Assembly: GCA_032654565.1 (NCBI GenBank)
Contig: JAULAX010000015.1
Coordinates: 864,001 to 928,000 of the forward strand
Direction of reading: 5' to 3'
DNA length: 64,000 bases
From: Anaeromyxobacteraceae bacterium
Lineage (GTDB): Bacteria > Myxococcota > Myxococcia > Myxococcales > Anaeromyxobacteraceae
The notes below the pieces were generated by a model. The model was not told the origin of the DNA. It did no database searches and saw only the letters and a program-made list of their open reading frames with translations. A program made the position numbers and the translations under genes. Positions 32,079 to 41,006 of this stretch are shown here, one piece after another; within the stretch, counting starts at the first letter, position 1; each line of letters begins with the position of its first letter.

Positions 32079-33308
32079 CTAGAAGATCTCACCGAGCCAC
32101 TGCTTCATCCGGTCCTTCACCTTGCGGTAGACGTTCTCCTCGCGGATCTTGAAGTACGGGCTGCCGGCCCGCTGCTTGGCCCCGTAGATCACCAGGCCGA
32201 CCGCGGTGGCGTACATGGGGCTCTTGACCACGTCCACCAGCCCGCCGATGTGGCGCGGCATGCCGCGGCGCACCGGCATCCCCAGCACCTCCTCGGCCAT
32301 CTCCGCCATGCCCTCCAGCAGCGTCGAGCCGCCGGTGATGACCACCCCGGAGGCCAGCAGCTCCTCCATGCCGGCCTTCTGGATCTCGTGCTGCACCAGC
32401 ATGAAGATCTCCTCGACGCGCGGCTCGATGATCTCGGCGAGGATGTGGCGGGAGAGGATGCGCGGGGCGCCGCCGCCGACGCTGGGGACCTCGATGGTCT
32501 CGCTGCCATCCACCTTCTTGGCGTTGGCGTGGCCGTACTGCTTCTTGATCCGCTCGGCCTCGTGGGTGGGGGTGCGCAGCCCGATGGCCACGTCGTTGGT
32601 GAGGTGGTTGCCGCCCAGCGAGATCACCGCGGTGTGGCGGATGGAGCCGTCGTGGAAGATGGCGATGTCGGTGGTGCCGCCGCCGATGTCCACCAGGCAG
32701 ACGCCCAGCTCCTTCTCGTCCTCGCAGAGGGTGGCCAGCGACGAGGCCAGCGGCTGCAGCACGATGTCGGAGACGTTGAGCCCGGTCCGCTGGGCGCACT
32801 TGACGATGTTCTGGGCCGAGGAGACGGCGCCGGTGACGATCAGCGCCCGGGCCTCCAGCCGCACCCCGCTCATGCCGATGGGGTCCTTGATGCCGTCCTG
32901 GTCGTCGACCACGAACTCCTGGGGGAGGACGTGGATGACCTCGCGGTCGAGCGGGATGGCCACCGCCTTGGCCTGCTCGATGACCCGGTCGACGTCCTGG
33001 GCCCGGACCTCCTTGTCCTTCACCGAGACCACGCCGTGGGAGGGGAAGGCCTTGATGTGGCCGCCGGCGATGCCGGTGTAGACCGTGGAGATCTCGCACC
33101 CGGCCATGTGCTCGGCCTCCTCGATGGCCCGCTTGATGGAGGCGACGGTGGCGTCGATGTTGACCACCACCCCCTTGCGCAGCCCCTTCGACGGGTGGGT
33201 GCCGATGCCGATGATGTCGATGCCGTCGTCGGTGATCTCACCGACGATGGCGCAGATCTTGGTGGTGCCGATGTCCAGCCCGACCAGGACGTCTCCGCTC
33301 TTTGCCAT
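32079..33308 (-). CDS. ftsA: Cell division protein FtsA
   Basis: GLDIGTTKI, DIGGGTTDIA, AERIKK.YG, VITGGS. Confidence 0.98.
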   Translation of the reverse strand: MAKSGDVLVGLDIGTTKICAIVGEITDDGIDIIGIGTHPSKGLRKGVVVNIDATVASIKRAIEEAEHMAGCEISTVYTGIAGGHIKAFPSHGVVSVKDKEVRAQDVDRVIEQAKAVAIPLDREVIHVLPQEFVVDDQDGIKDPIGMSGVRLEARALIVTGAVSSAQNIVKCAQRTGLNVSDIVLQPLASSLATLCEDEKELGVCLVDIGGGTTDIAIFHDGSIRHTAVISLGGNHLTNDVAIGLRTPTHEAERIKKQYGHANAKKVDGSETIEVPSVGGGAPRILSRHILAEIIEPRVEEIFMLVQHEIQKAGMEELLASGVVITGGSTLLEGMAEMAEEVLGMPVRRGMPRHIGGLVDVVKSPMYATAVGLVIYGAKQRAGSPYFKIREENVYRKVKDRMKQWLGEIF

Positions 33309-33359
33309 GGTTGAATCCTCCAGGCGGAAGGCGCGCCGCGCCCACGCCGATTCGCTTCG

Positions 33360-34211
33360 TCAGGGCCCTCTCGGACCCCGCCCATCCACCACGCCCGTCC
33401 GCCCCTTGACCCGCACCGCCACCCAGTCCGGGTGGCGCCGGTTGTCGAGGTGGATCACCTCGCCCTGCACCCCGTCCGTCTCCAGCCGTGCCAGCAGCAC
33501 GTCCAGCCGCTCCAGCTTGCGGGGCAGGTCTCCCTGCCCCAGCCGGATCTCCATCCCGTCGTCACCCGCGTAGACCGTGGTCCCCAGCACCGGGTCGAGG
33601 TGCACCTCGGAGACGGCGGCGCGCCGGTCGAGACCGGCCTCCCGCCAGCGCCCCAGCAGCCCGAGCGCGCTGCGCAGCCGGTGCTCCTCGCCGCCGTCGT
33701 CCCGCCGCGCCTCGAAGGCCTCACGGGTCAGCCCGGTCACCACCGGCAGGTCCAGCCCGTCGCCGGGCGCCGCCCGCTTGTAGACCTGGCCGGTGGTGTC
33801 CACCAGGTAGAGGCCGCCCAGCTCCACCAGCGCCGCCGCCTGCCGCTCGGTCACCACCACCTCGAGCGCCGGGGGGAGCCGGCGGTGGATCTCCACCGTG
33901 GCCAGCCAGGGGTTGCGCCGCAGGGCCCGGGCCATGGCCTCGGTGTCGGAGAGGAGCAGGTGGTCGCCGGGCCGGACCGGCGAGAGCTCGGCCAGCGCCG
34001 AGGCCGGCACCTGGGAGAGGCCGAGGTAGCGGATCTCCCGGATGCGCAGCAGGTCGCCCCGCACGCCCTCCGACCAGGTGAGCCAGCCGGCGCCGGCGAT
34101 GGCGCCGAGGGTGATCACGGTGGGGAGCACGAGGGCCACGACGCGGCGGAGACGGCGCGCCGTCTCGCCTGGCTGCTTCACCGCCGTCCGCCGGTTTCGA
34201 CCCCGCGCCAC
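33360..34211 (-). CDS. ftsQ: Cell division protein FtsQ
   Basis: Basic N-terminus, single TM, POTRA (NPW...V.I.RRLP..LEV.V.ER), LDLPVVTG; directly upstream of ftsA. Confidence 0.92.
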   Translation of the reverse strand: MARGRNRRTAVKQPGETARRLRRVVALVLPTVITLGAIAGAGWLTWSEGVRGDLLRIREIRYLGLSQVPASALAELSPVRPGDHLLLSDTEAMARALRRNPWLATVEIHRRLPPALEVVVTERQAAALVELGGLYLVDTTGQVYKRAAPGDGLDLPVVTGLTREAFEARRDDGGEEHRLRSALGLLGRWREAGLDRRAAVSEVHLDPVLGTTVYAGDDGMEIRLGQGDLPRKLERLDVLLARLETDGVQGEVIHLDNRRHPDWVAVRVKGRTGVVDGRGPRGP

Positions 34212-34454
34212 CCGCCACTCCCCGGCCCGGAGGGCGGCCGAGCTGCCGGCCGCTTCCGGGCGCTATCGCCCAGGGCTGACCTTGCCGCAGAACCCCGGCC
34301 TGTAAAGTTTTCACCTGCCCCGGGGCCCGGCTCCGGCCCCCACGCGGCCAGCCGCCGCGCCCCCCTTTCTTGACGGCCGCCCCGGGCCGGGCCAAGACGG
34401 GACGATATCGGGCAGCCTGGACGCCACCCGCGACCCGAAATGGAGCCTCACGCC

Positions 34455-34796
34455 ATGCGCCTCCTCGCCGCCGCCGCCGCCGTCCTCGCCCTGCTGCTGA
34501 CCGCGGTCCCCACCGGGGCCGGCGACAAGCGGCTGGCGCCGCTCCCCAGGGGTGAGGCCACGGTGGTCCACGGCCCCTTCGAGCAGGGGGCCTGCGACAC
34601 CTGCCACGAGCGCTCCGACGCCGCCAACCCGGGCGCCGCCCGGGCGGGCAACGAGACCTGCCTGGCCTGCCACGACGAGTTCTCCGGCAAGGCGCCGGTC
34701 CGCATCGGCAAGGGCAAGTCCCACCCCGAGGGGAAGGCCACCTGCACCGGCTGCCACAACCCGCACAACGCCAAGAAGAAGAAGCTGCTCCTGTAG
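34455..34796 (+). CDS. Small periplasmic triheme cytochrome c
   Basis: Signal peptide; HGPF..G.CDTCH, CLACH, CTGCHNPH. Confidence 0.85.
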   Translation: MRLLAAAAAVLALLLTAVPTGAGDKRLAPLPRGEATVVHGPFEQGACDTCHERSDAANPGAARAGNETCLACHDEFSGKAPVRIGKGKSHPEGKATCTGCHNPHNAKKKKLLL

Positions 34797-35009
34797 GGAG
34801 GCTGTAGGTGCTGCACCTCGTCTTCACGACCGCGGGGCCGGTGTGGGAGCTGCCCGTGGGTTCAACGGCTTTCTGGGTTCTGGTTGTCTTTCGTCAAGTC
34901 CCAGGGGGCTCCTCGTCGTAGGATTGCGGCACGCGAACCAACCTGGGAGGGGGGCTTGGTGGGACGCGTGGTTCTCCCCTCCGGAATGGACTCGATGATG
35001 ATGCGGCCC

Positions 35010-36077
35010 ATGCGCGCTTCCTGGCTCCTGCTCCTGCCCGCGGTGCTCCTGGCGGCGCCGGCCCTGGCCGCGCCGCTCAAGACCGAGGTCAACAAGAAGA
35101 CGACCCGGCGTGGCTTCGCCGTGGCGCCGCTGCCGCCAGGGCCGAACGTCAAGTGGTCCCACGGCCCCTACGAGGCCGGCGACTGCTCCATCTGCCACGA
35201 GCGGAACGACCGGGCCAGCCCCGGCCCCATCGCCACCAGCGTCAACGAGCTCTGCTTCTCCTGCCACGAGGAGTTCCAGGGGATCATGGCCCGCAGGTTC
35301 AAGCACGTGCCGGCCGTGGAGACCTGCACCAACTGCCACAACCCGCACAACGCCACCGAGCGCAAGCTGCTGGGCGCCGAGATGGTGGAGATGTGCGTGG
35401 CCTGCCACAAGGGCATCAAGGACCAGATCGTCAACGGCAAGGTCCGCCACGACGCCATCACCACCGGCGAGAAGTGCTCCAACTGCCACAACCCGCACGC
35501 CGCCAACATCGAGAAGCTGCTCATCCAGCTGCCCTTCGACCTGTGCGTCAACTGCCACTCCAAGGACGGCATGGTGGCCGGCGACGGCAAGCCCATGACC
35601 AACTACAAGGCCTGGCTCTCCGACAACAAGGTCTGGCACGAGCCGGTCAAGGCCAAGGACTGCTCGGCCTGCCACCGCACCCACGGCGGCAGCAACTTCC
35701 GCCTGCTGGTGGCCCCCTACCCGTCGGCCTTCTACGCCCCCTACGAGAACAAGGCCTACGCGCTCTGCTACGGCTGCCACAACGACAAGGTGGTGTCGGT
35801 GCCGGAGACCACGACCCTGACCGGCTTCCGCGACGGCTCGCGCAACCTGCACTACGTCCACGTCCACAAGGAGCGCGGCAGGACCTGCCGCGCCTGCCAC
35901 GAGGTCCACGCCTCCAAGCAGGACCACCACATCCGCGAAGGGGTGCCCTACGGCCCCAAGGCCTGGATGCTGAAGATCAACTACACCCGGCTGCCCAACG
36001 GCGGGTCGTGCGCCAAGACCTGCCACGACACCAAGACCTACAACAACAAGACGCTCACCAGCTCCGCGCCGAAGTAG
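35010..36077 (+). CDS. Periplasmic decaheme cytochrome c (doubled-CxxCH type; 9 CxxCH + 1 CxxxCH); start may be 34995-35010
   Basis: CSICH, CFSCH, CTNCHNPH, CVACH, CSNCHNPH, CVNCH, CSACH, CYGCH, CRACH, CAKTCH; signal peptide ending ALA. Confidence 0.9.
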   Translation: MRASWLLLLPAVLLAAPALAAPLKTEVNKKTTRRGFAVAPLPPGPNVKWSHGPYEAGDCSICHERNDRASPGPIATSVNELCFSCHEEFQGIMARRFKHVPAVETCTNCHNPHNATERKLLGAEMVEMCVACHKGIKDQIVNGKVRHDAITTGEKCSNCHNPHAANIEKLLIQLPFDLCVNCHSKDGMVAGDGKPMTNYKAWLSDNKVWHEPVKAKDCSACHRTHGGSNFRLLVAPYPSAFYAPYENKAYALCYGCHNDKVVSVPETTTLTGFRDGSRNLHYVHVHKERGRTCRACHEVHASKQDHHIREGVPYGPKAWMLKINYTRLPNGGSCAKTCHDTKTYNNKTLTSSAPK

Positions 36078-36089
36078 GTCGGAGGGCCG

Positions 36090-36911
36090 ATGTCGCGCCG
36101 GCTCTCCGCCTGGTTGATCGCCGGGGCCCTGGCCGGCGTCGGGGGTCCCCGGACCGCCCGGGCCTTCTCCAACCTCGCCGTCGGCGAGGTGATGGCCAAC
36201 GCCAGGCTGGCCCAGCTGGCCGGGGGGAGCGCCGAGGTGCTCTCCGCGGCCGCCACCGTCAACCTCTTCGTCTTCTTCCGGCCGGGGCAGGACCACTCGC
36301 TGCAGGCGCTCAAGCAGCTGGCCAGGCTGCAGCGCGAGTTCGCCGCCCGGCCGGTCCGCATGGTGGCGGTGGTCTCCGACGGCTGGCCGGCCGACGAGGT
36401 GCGGGCCACCGTGACCGAGGCCGGCTTCACCGGGCCGGTGCTGGTCGACGCCGGCGACGCCCTCTACGGCGCCCTCGGCGTCCGGCTCCACCCGGTGGTG
36501 GGGCTGGCCGACCGCCACTTCAGGCTGACCGCCTACGAGCACTTCCGCCAGATCAACTACGCCGAGATCCTGCGGGGGCGCATCCGCGTCGGGCTGGGCG
36601 ACGCCACCGAGGCCGAGATGGTCCGGGTGCTGGAGCCGGAGAAGGCCACCACCGGCTCGCCCCAGGCCGAGGCCCGCCGCTACTTCAACCTGGCCCGGGT
36701 GCTCTGGCAGAAGAGGAACGCCGCCAAGGCGCTGGAGGCGGTGCAGCGCAGCAACGCCATCGTCCCCACCGCGCCGGCCCTGGCGCTGCAGGGGCAGCTG
36801 CTCGCCGCCGGGGGGGACTGCCCGGGGGCCCGGCCCCTCTTCGACCGGGCCTTGAAGATCGATCCCGCCGAGACCGTCGCCATCCAGGGGCTGAAGGCCT
36901 GCGCCCGCTAG
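36090..36911 (+). CDS. Exported redoxin (TlpA/ResA-like fold, no CxxC) + TPR protein, paralogue 1
   Basis: Signal peptide; LFVFFRPGQDHS, PVLVD.GD.LYG.LGVRLHP; C-terminal TPR helices ..FDRALKIDP. Confidence 0.75.
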   Translation: MSRRLSAWLIAGALAGVGGPRTARAFSNLAVGEVMANARLAQLAGGSAEVLSAAATVNLFVFFRPGQDHSLQALKQLARLQREFAARPVRMVAVVSDGWPADEVRATVTEAGFTGPVLVDAGDALYGALGVRLHPVVGLADRHFRLTAYEHFRQINYAEILRGRIRVGLGDATEAEMVRVLEPEKATTGSPQAEARRYFNLARVLWQKRNAAKALEAVQRSNAIVPTAPALALQGQLLAAGGDCPGARPLFDRALKIDPAETVAIQGLKACAR

Positions 36912-36942
36912 CGTCGCCAGCACCGCCACCGAGAGGTCCACC

Positions 36943-37767
36943 ATGCGCCGATGCCTCGCCCTCCTCCTCCTCGCCGCCTTGACCGGGCTCTCGGCCGCGC
37001 CCTTCGTGGCCCACGCCCACGCCGAGGTGGGCACGGCGGTGCCCGGCCTGGAGCTGGCGGCGCTGAGCGGCGAGCGGATCAAGCTCCTCGACCCCCGGGC
37101 CAGGGTGACGGTGCTGGTCTTCGTCCGGGCCGGCCACGACCGCTCGCTCGACGCCTTGAAGGCCATGGCCCGGTGCGAGAAGGAGCTGGCCGGGAAGCCG
37201 GTCCGCTTCGTCGGCATCCTGCCAGCCGACACCCAGCCCGCCGAGGCCAAGGCCCTGGCGGTGGCCGCCGGCGTCAGGATGGCGCTGGTCTTCGACGCCA
37301 ACGACGCCCTCTACGACAAGCTGCTGGTGCGGCTCCACCCGGTCATCTTCCTCGTCGACGCCAAGGGCAAGGTGGCCGACTTCGAGCAGTACCGGCAGAT
37401 CGACTACTGCGAGGTGATCTCGGCGCGCATCCGCTTCATGCTCGGGGAGCTCGACCAGGCCCGGCTCGACGCCATCGTCGAGCCGCCCCGCAACTCCATG
37501 CCCGGCGACGATCCCCGCGACGTCTCCAACCGCGACCTCAACCTGGGGCGCCGCCAGCTCAAGATCAAGCAGTACGACAAGGCCATCGCCAGCGCCAACA
37601 AGGCCCTGGGGGTGGCCCCCAGCGCCGGGGCCTTCGCCCTGCTCGGCGACGTGGCCGCGGCCAGGGGGAGCTGCGCCGCCGCCCTGAAGCACTACGACCA
37701 GGCCCTCAAGCTCGACCCGGCCGAGAAGTACGCCCTGGAAGGGAAGCGGGCCTGCGCCGGGAAGTAG
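36943..37767 (+). CDS. Exported redoxin-like + TPR protein, paralogue 2
   Basis: Signal peptide AHAHA; VGT.VP.LEL..LSG, LVFVRAGHDRS, LVFD.ND.LY..L.VRLHP.IFLVD.KGKV; TPR YDQALKLDP. Confidence 0.78.
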   Translation: MRRCLALLLLAALTGLSAAPFVAHAHAEVGTAVPGLELAALSGERIKLLDPRARVTVLVFVRAGHDRSLDALKAMARCEKELAGKPVRFVGILPADTQPAEAKALAVAAGVRMALVFDANDALYDKLLVRLHPVIFLVDAKGKVADFEQYRQIDYCEVISARIRFMLGELDQARLDAIVEPPRNSMPGDDPRDVSNRDLNLGRRQLKIKQYDKAIASANKALGVAPSAGAFALLGDVAAARGSCAAALKHYDQALKLDPAEKYALEGKRACAGK

Positions 37768-37822
37768 TCCCTGCTGTTTTTCCAACCATCGCCTCCGTCG
37801 GGGTGCGATCATTCGCCGCGCC

Positions 37823-38644
37823 ATGAAGACCACCTTCCGCCTTGCCTTGATCGCGGTCGCCACCGTGCTGGCCGCCCCGTTCGCCGCCCACGCCCACGCC
37901 GAGGCGGGCACGGCCATCGACAACGTCGAGCTCAGGACCATCGGAGGCGGCAAGGCGCGGCTGCTCTCGGCCAAGGCCAAGGCCAACATCCTGGTCTTCT
38001 TCCGCACCGGGCAGGAGCGCTCCTTCGACGCCCTGAAGATGCTGGCCGCCTGCGAGAAGGAGATGGCCGGCAAGCCGGTCCACTGGGTCGGCCTGGTCTC
38101 CTCCACCGAGGTGACCGCCGAGGTCCAGGACCTGGTGACCCGGACCGGCATCGCCATGCCGGTGCTCATCGACGAGGACGACAAGGTCTACGGGGCGCTG
38201 GGCATCCGGCTCCACCCCATGGTCGGGATCGCCGACGGCAAGTTCAAGCTCTCCAGCGTGGAGATGTACCGGCAGATCGACTACTGCGACATCATCAAGG
38301 GGCGCATCAAGGTGATGCTGGGCGAGCTCGACGCCGCCGGGATGGAGCTGCTGCTCAACCCGGCCAAGGGGACCATGCCCGGCGACGACATCCGCGACGT
38401 GGCCCGGCGCGACGTCAACCTGGGCCGGCGGCAGCTCAAGATCCAGCAGTACGACAAGGCGCTGCAGAGCGCCAACAAGGCGCTGGAGAAGGCCCCCATG
38501 GCCTCGGCCTTCGCCCTCATCGGCGACGTCCACGCCGCCCGGGGGAACTGCGCCGCCGCCGTGAAGCAGTACGACCAGGCCCTCAAGCTCGATCCCCGGG
38601 AGAAGTACGCCCTGGAGGGGAAGAAGGCCTGCGCCGGGAAGTAG
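37823..38644 (+). CDS. Exported redoxin-like + TPR protein, paralogue 3
   Basis: Colinear with paralogue 2; LVFFRTGQERS, PVLID.DD.VYG.LGIRLHP; near-identical C-terminus. Confidence 0.78.
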   Translation: MKTTFRLALIAVATVLAAPFAAHAHAEAGTAIDNVELRTIGGGKARLLSAKAKANILVFFRTGQERSFDALKMLAACEKEMAGKPVHWVGLVSSTEVTAEVQDLVTRTGIAMPVLIDEDDKVYGALGIRLHPMVGIADGKFKLSSVEMYRQIDYCDIIKGRIKVMLGELDAAGMELLLNPAKGTMPGDDIRDVARRDVNLGRRQLKIQQYDKALQSANKALEKAPMASAFALIGDVHAARGNCAAAVKQYDQALKLDPREKYALEGKKACAGK

Positions 38645-38883
38645 GCGTGCCAGGCGGTTCCGTCGCTGTGGCGAGAGGCGCGGCGAGTGGGGGTGCATGC
38701 GGTCGGGGCTGCCGGGGACGATCGGCGGGCGACGGGCGACGAGCGGGCTTCCGGCAGCGGGGAGTGGTGAGCGCAGCAGAGTCGGAGCCAACAGCCGACC
38801 TGGCCCGCGAATGGCCGTCCTTGTTGGGTTCCATGGATGTCCGCCAGCCCGGAAATGTCAGACCCGCATGAGACGATTCGTGA

Positions 38884-39926
38884 ATGTTCAACCACGCGCA
38901 CCCGACCCTGTCCTCGGCCGCGGCTTCGACGCACGGAGCGGCCTCCCCGGCCCTCGAACTCTGTGACGCTCGCCAGGCTCGCGACGGACTGGCTACGCTG
39001 CTGCGCGCCGAGCGGTCCGCCGCAGCCGAGTTCCTGCTCGCCCTGGCACACTTCGACCGCAACCGCGGCTGGGAGGTGCTTGGCCACGCCAGCCTCTTCG
39101 CCTTCCTCAATGTAGAACTCGGGCTCTCCAAGGGCGGGGCCTTCTTCCGGCAGACGGCAGCTCGCCTGCTCCAGCGCTTCCCGGATCTCATCGATCCGCT
39201 CCGCGACGGGCGCCTGTGCATCACCACCGTGTTCGAACTTTCCAAGGTCCTGACCGAGGCCAACCGTACGGAGGTGGTGCCTCGATTCTTCGGTTGTTCC
39301 TCGCAACAGGCAAGGGAGCTGGTGGCGACGCTCGCACCCGTCACCAACCCGCCGGTCCGGGCCGTGGTGACGCTCCTGGAGTCCCCTCGGTTGGTCGAGG
39401 CGGTTCGGCCGAGCGAGCTGGTTACGCCAGCAGCGCTCGAGCTGCAGGCACCCCAGGCCATACGATCGATCAAGACGGTTCAGTCAACTGAACTCAGTTT
39501 TACCCAGCCCGAACGGGTCGTCGCCTCCCGCGACGACGTCGAGCCCCTCACCGCCGACCTGCGCAGGCTCCACATCACGGTGGACGCGCAGTTCCTGAAG
39601 ATGCTCGACACCGCCAGGGACGGCCTCTCGCACCGCATCCCCGGCGCCAGCACATCCCCGCCGCGATCTCCCGCGCAGTCTGGCAACGCGACGGTGGCCG
39701 CTGCTCGTGGCCGCTCGACGGCGGCGGCACCTGCGGCTCGACGCACCGGCTGGAGCTCGACCACATCGTCCCGTGGGCGCGCTGGGGCGGCGAGACGATC
39801 GATGACCTCCGGATCGTGTGCAGAGCCCACAACGCCTTGGCGGCGCGGCGGGCCTTCGGAGACCGGTGCGCGGCGAGGTACGGGGGACGATCGCGCCAGG
39901 GGAGTCCGGCAGGCTGCGCGGACTGA
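38884..39926 (+). pseudogene. HNH endonuclease gene (myxobacterial DUF222-like type), frameshifted near 39650
   Basis: N-terminal part LLRAER.AAAEFLLALAHFD.....LGHASLF.FL..ELGLS; in another frame from 39651 HIPAAISRAVWQRDGGRCSWPLDGGGTCGS..RLELDHIVPWA.GG.T.DDLR..CRAHN, stop 39924-39926. Confidence 0.82.
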
Positions 39927-40036
39927 CCACGACCCAGTCGTTCAGCGATGCGCTCGGGGGGAAGCGATTCAACCCGCCGTTCCCGTGATTCCGGACTCAC
40001 CAGCCGAGCCGGCCCGAGCGTCTGCTCCGCCCGCCC

Positions 40037-40963
40037 TCAGCTCTTCAGCGCCGCCCCGTCGAGGAGCCGCTCGCAGAGCTCGGGGAAGGGGATGCCGTTG
40101 CCGGCCGCGATCTTCGGCACCAGCGACGAGGCGGTCATGCCCGGCAGGGTGTTGACCTCGAGGATCCAGGCGGTGCCGCCGGCGTCGAGGATGAAGTCGG
40201 TCCGGGTCACCCCGGCGCAGCCGAGGCCGCGGTGGGCCAGCTCGGCCGCCTCCATCAGCTTGCGGGTGTCGGACTCGTGGATCCGGGCCGGGTAGAAATA
40301 CTGGGTGGTGCCGGCGGTGTACTTGGCGGCGTAGTCGTAGAACTCGTTGGCCGGGACCACCTCGATGACCCCCATGGCCTTGCCGTCCAGCACCGCCACC
40401 TGCACCTCCTTGCCCTTCACGTAGCGCTCGACGATGACGTCGCCCTTCCAGCGGGCCGCCTCGACGCAGGCGGCGGCCAGGTGGGTGGGGTCCTTCACCA
40501 GCGAGACGCCCACGCTGGAGCCCTCGCAGGCCGGCTTCACCACCACCGGGAAGGTGAAGGGGAAGTCCTTGCCGTGCAGCGCCGCCGCCTGCTCCGGGGG
40601 GAAGACCCGGTAGTCGGTCACCGCCAGGCCGAGGCTCTTGAAGAGCAGCTTGGAGAGCACCTTGTCCATGCCCACCGCCGAGGCCAGCACCCCGGAGCCG
40701 GTGTAGGGGATCCCCAGCGACTCCAGCAGCCCCTGGATGCTGCCGTCCTCGCCGTAGCGCCCGTGCAGGGCCACGAAGGCCACCGCCGCCCCGCAGGCGC
40801 GCAGCCGCTCGGCCACGTCGAGGCCGACGTCCACCAGCGTCACGTCGAGCCCGCGCGAGCGCAGCGCCTCGGCGCAGGCCGTCCCGGTCTTCAGCGAGAC
40901 CTCGCGCTCCGAGGAGCGGCCGCCGTGGAGCACCGCCACCTTCTTGCCCGTCCACTTGCCCAT
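40037..40963 (-). CDS. ddl: D-alanine--D-alanine ligase
   Basis: GGRSSEREVSL, LHGRYGEDG, VKPACEGSSVG, FYDY.AKY, LEVNTLPGMT. Confidence 0.97.
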   Translation of the reverse strand: MGKWTGKKVAVLHGGRSSEREVSLKTGTACAEALRSRGLDVTLVDVGLDVAERLRACGAAVAFVALHGRYGEDGSIQGLLESLGIPYTGSGVLASAVGMDKVLSKLLFKSLGLAVTDYRVFPPEQAAALHGKDFPFTFPVVVKPACEGSSVGVSLVKDPTHLAAACVEAARWKGDVIVERYVKGKEVQVAVLDGKAMGVIEVVPANEFYDYAAKYTAGTTQYFYPARIHESDTRKLMEAAELAHRGLGCAGVTRTDFILDAGGTAWILEVNTLPGMTASSLVPKIAAGNGIPFPELCERLLDGAALKS

Positions 40964-41006
40964 GGTTCCTCCCGCCGCCCGGGTTGGCCGGGGCGGCGCT
41001 CCCCGT

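Noticed and set aside
36090..38644. Selenocysteine or stop-codon readthrough explaining the missing CxxC in the redoxin-like genes
   Set aside because: No in-frame TGA at the active-site position; the codons are ordinary Gln/His/Ser
38884..40155. 423-aa ORF as an intact gene, or a programmed frameshift
   Set aside because: The tail after ~39650 is out of frame with the HNH motif and runs into ddl; no slippery heptamer is visible at the junction
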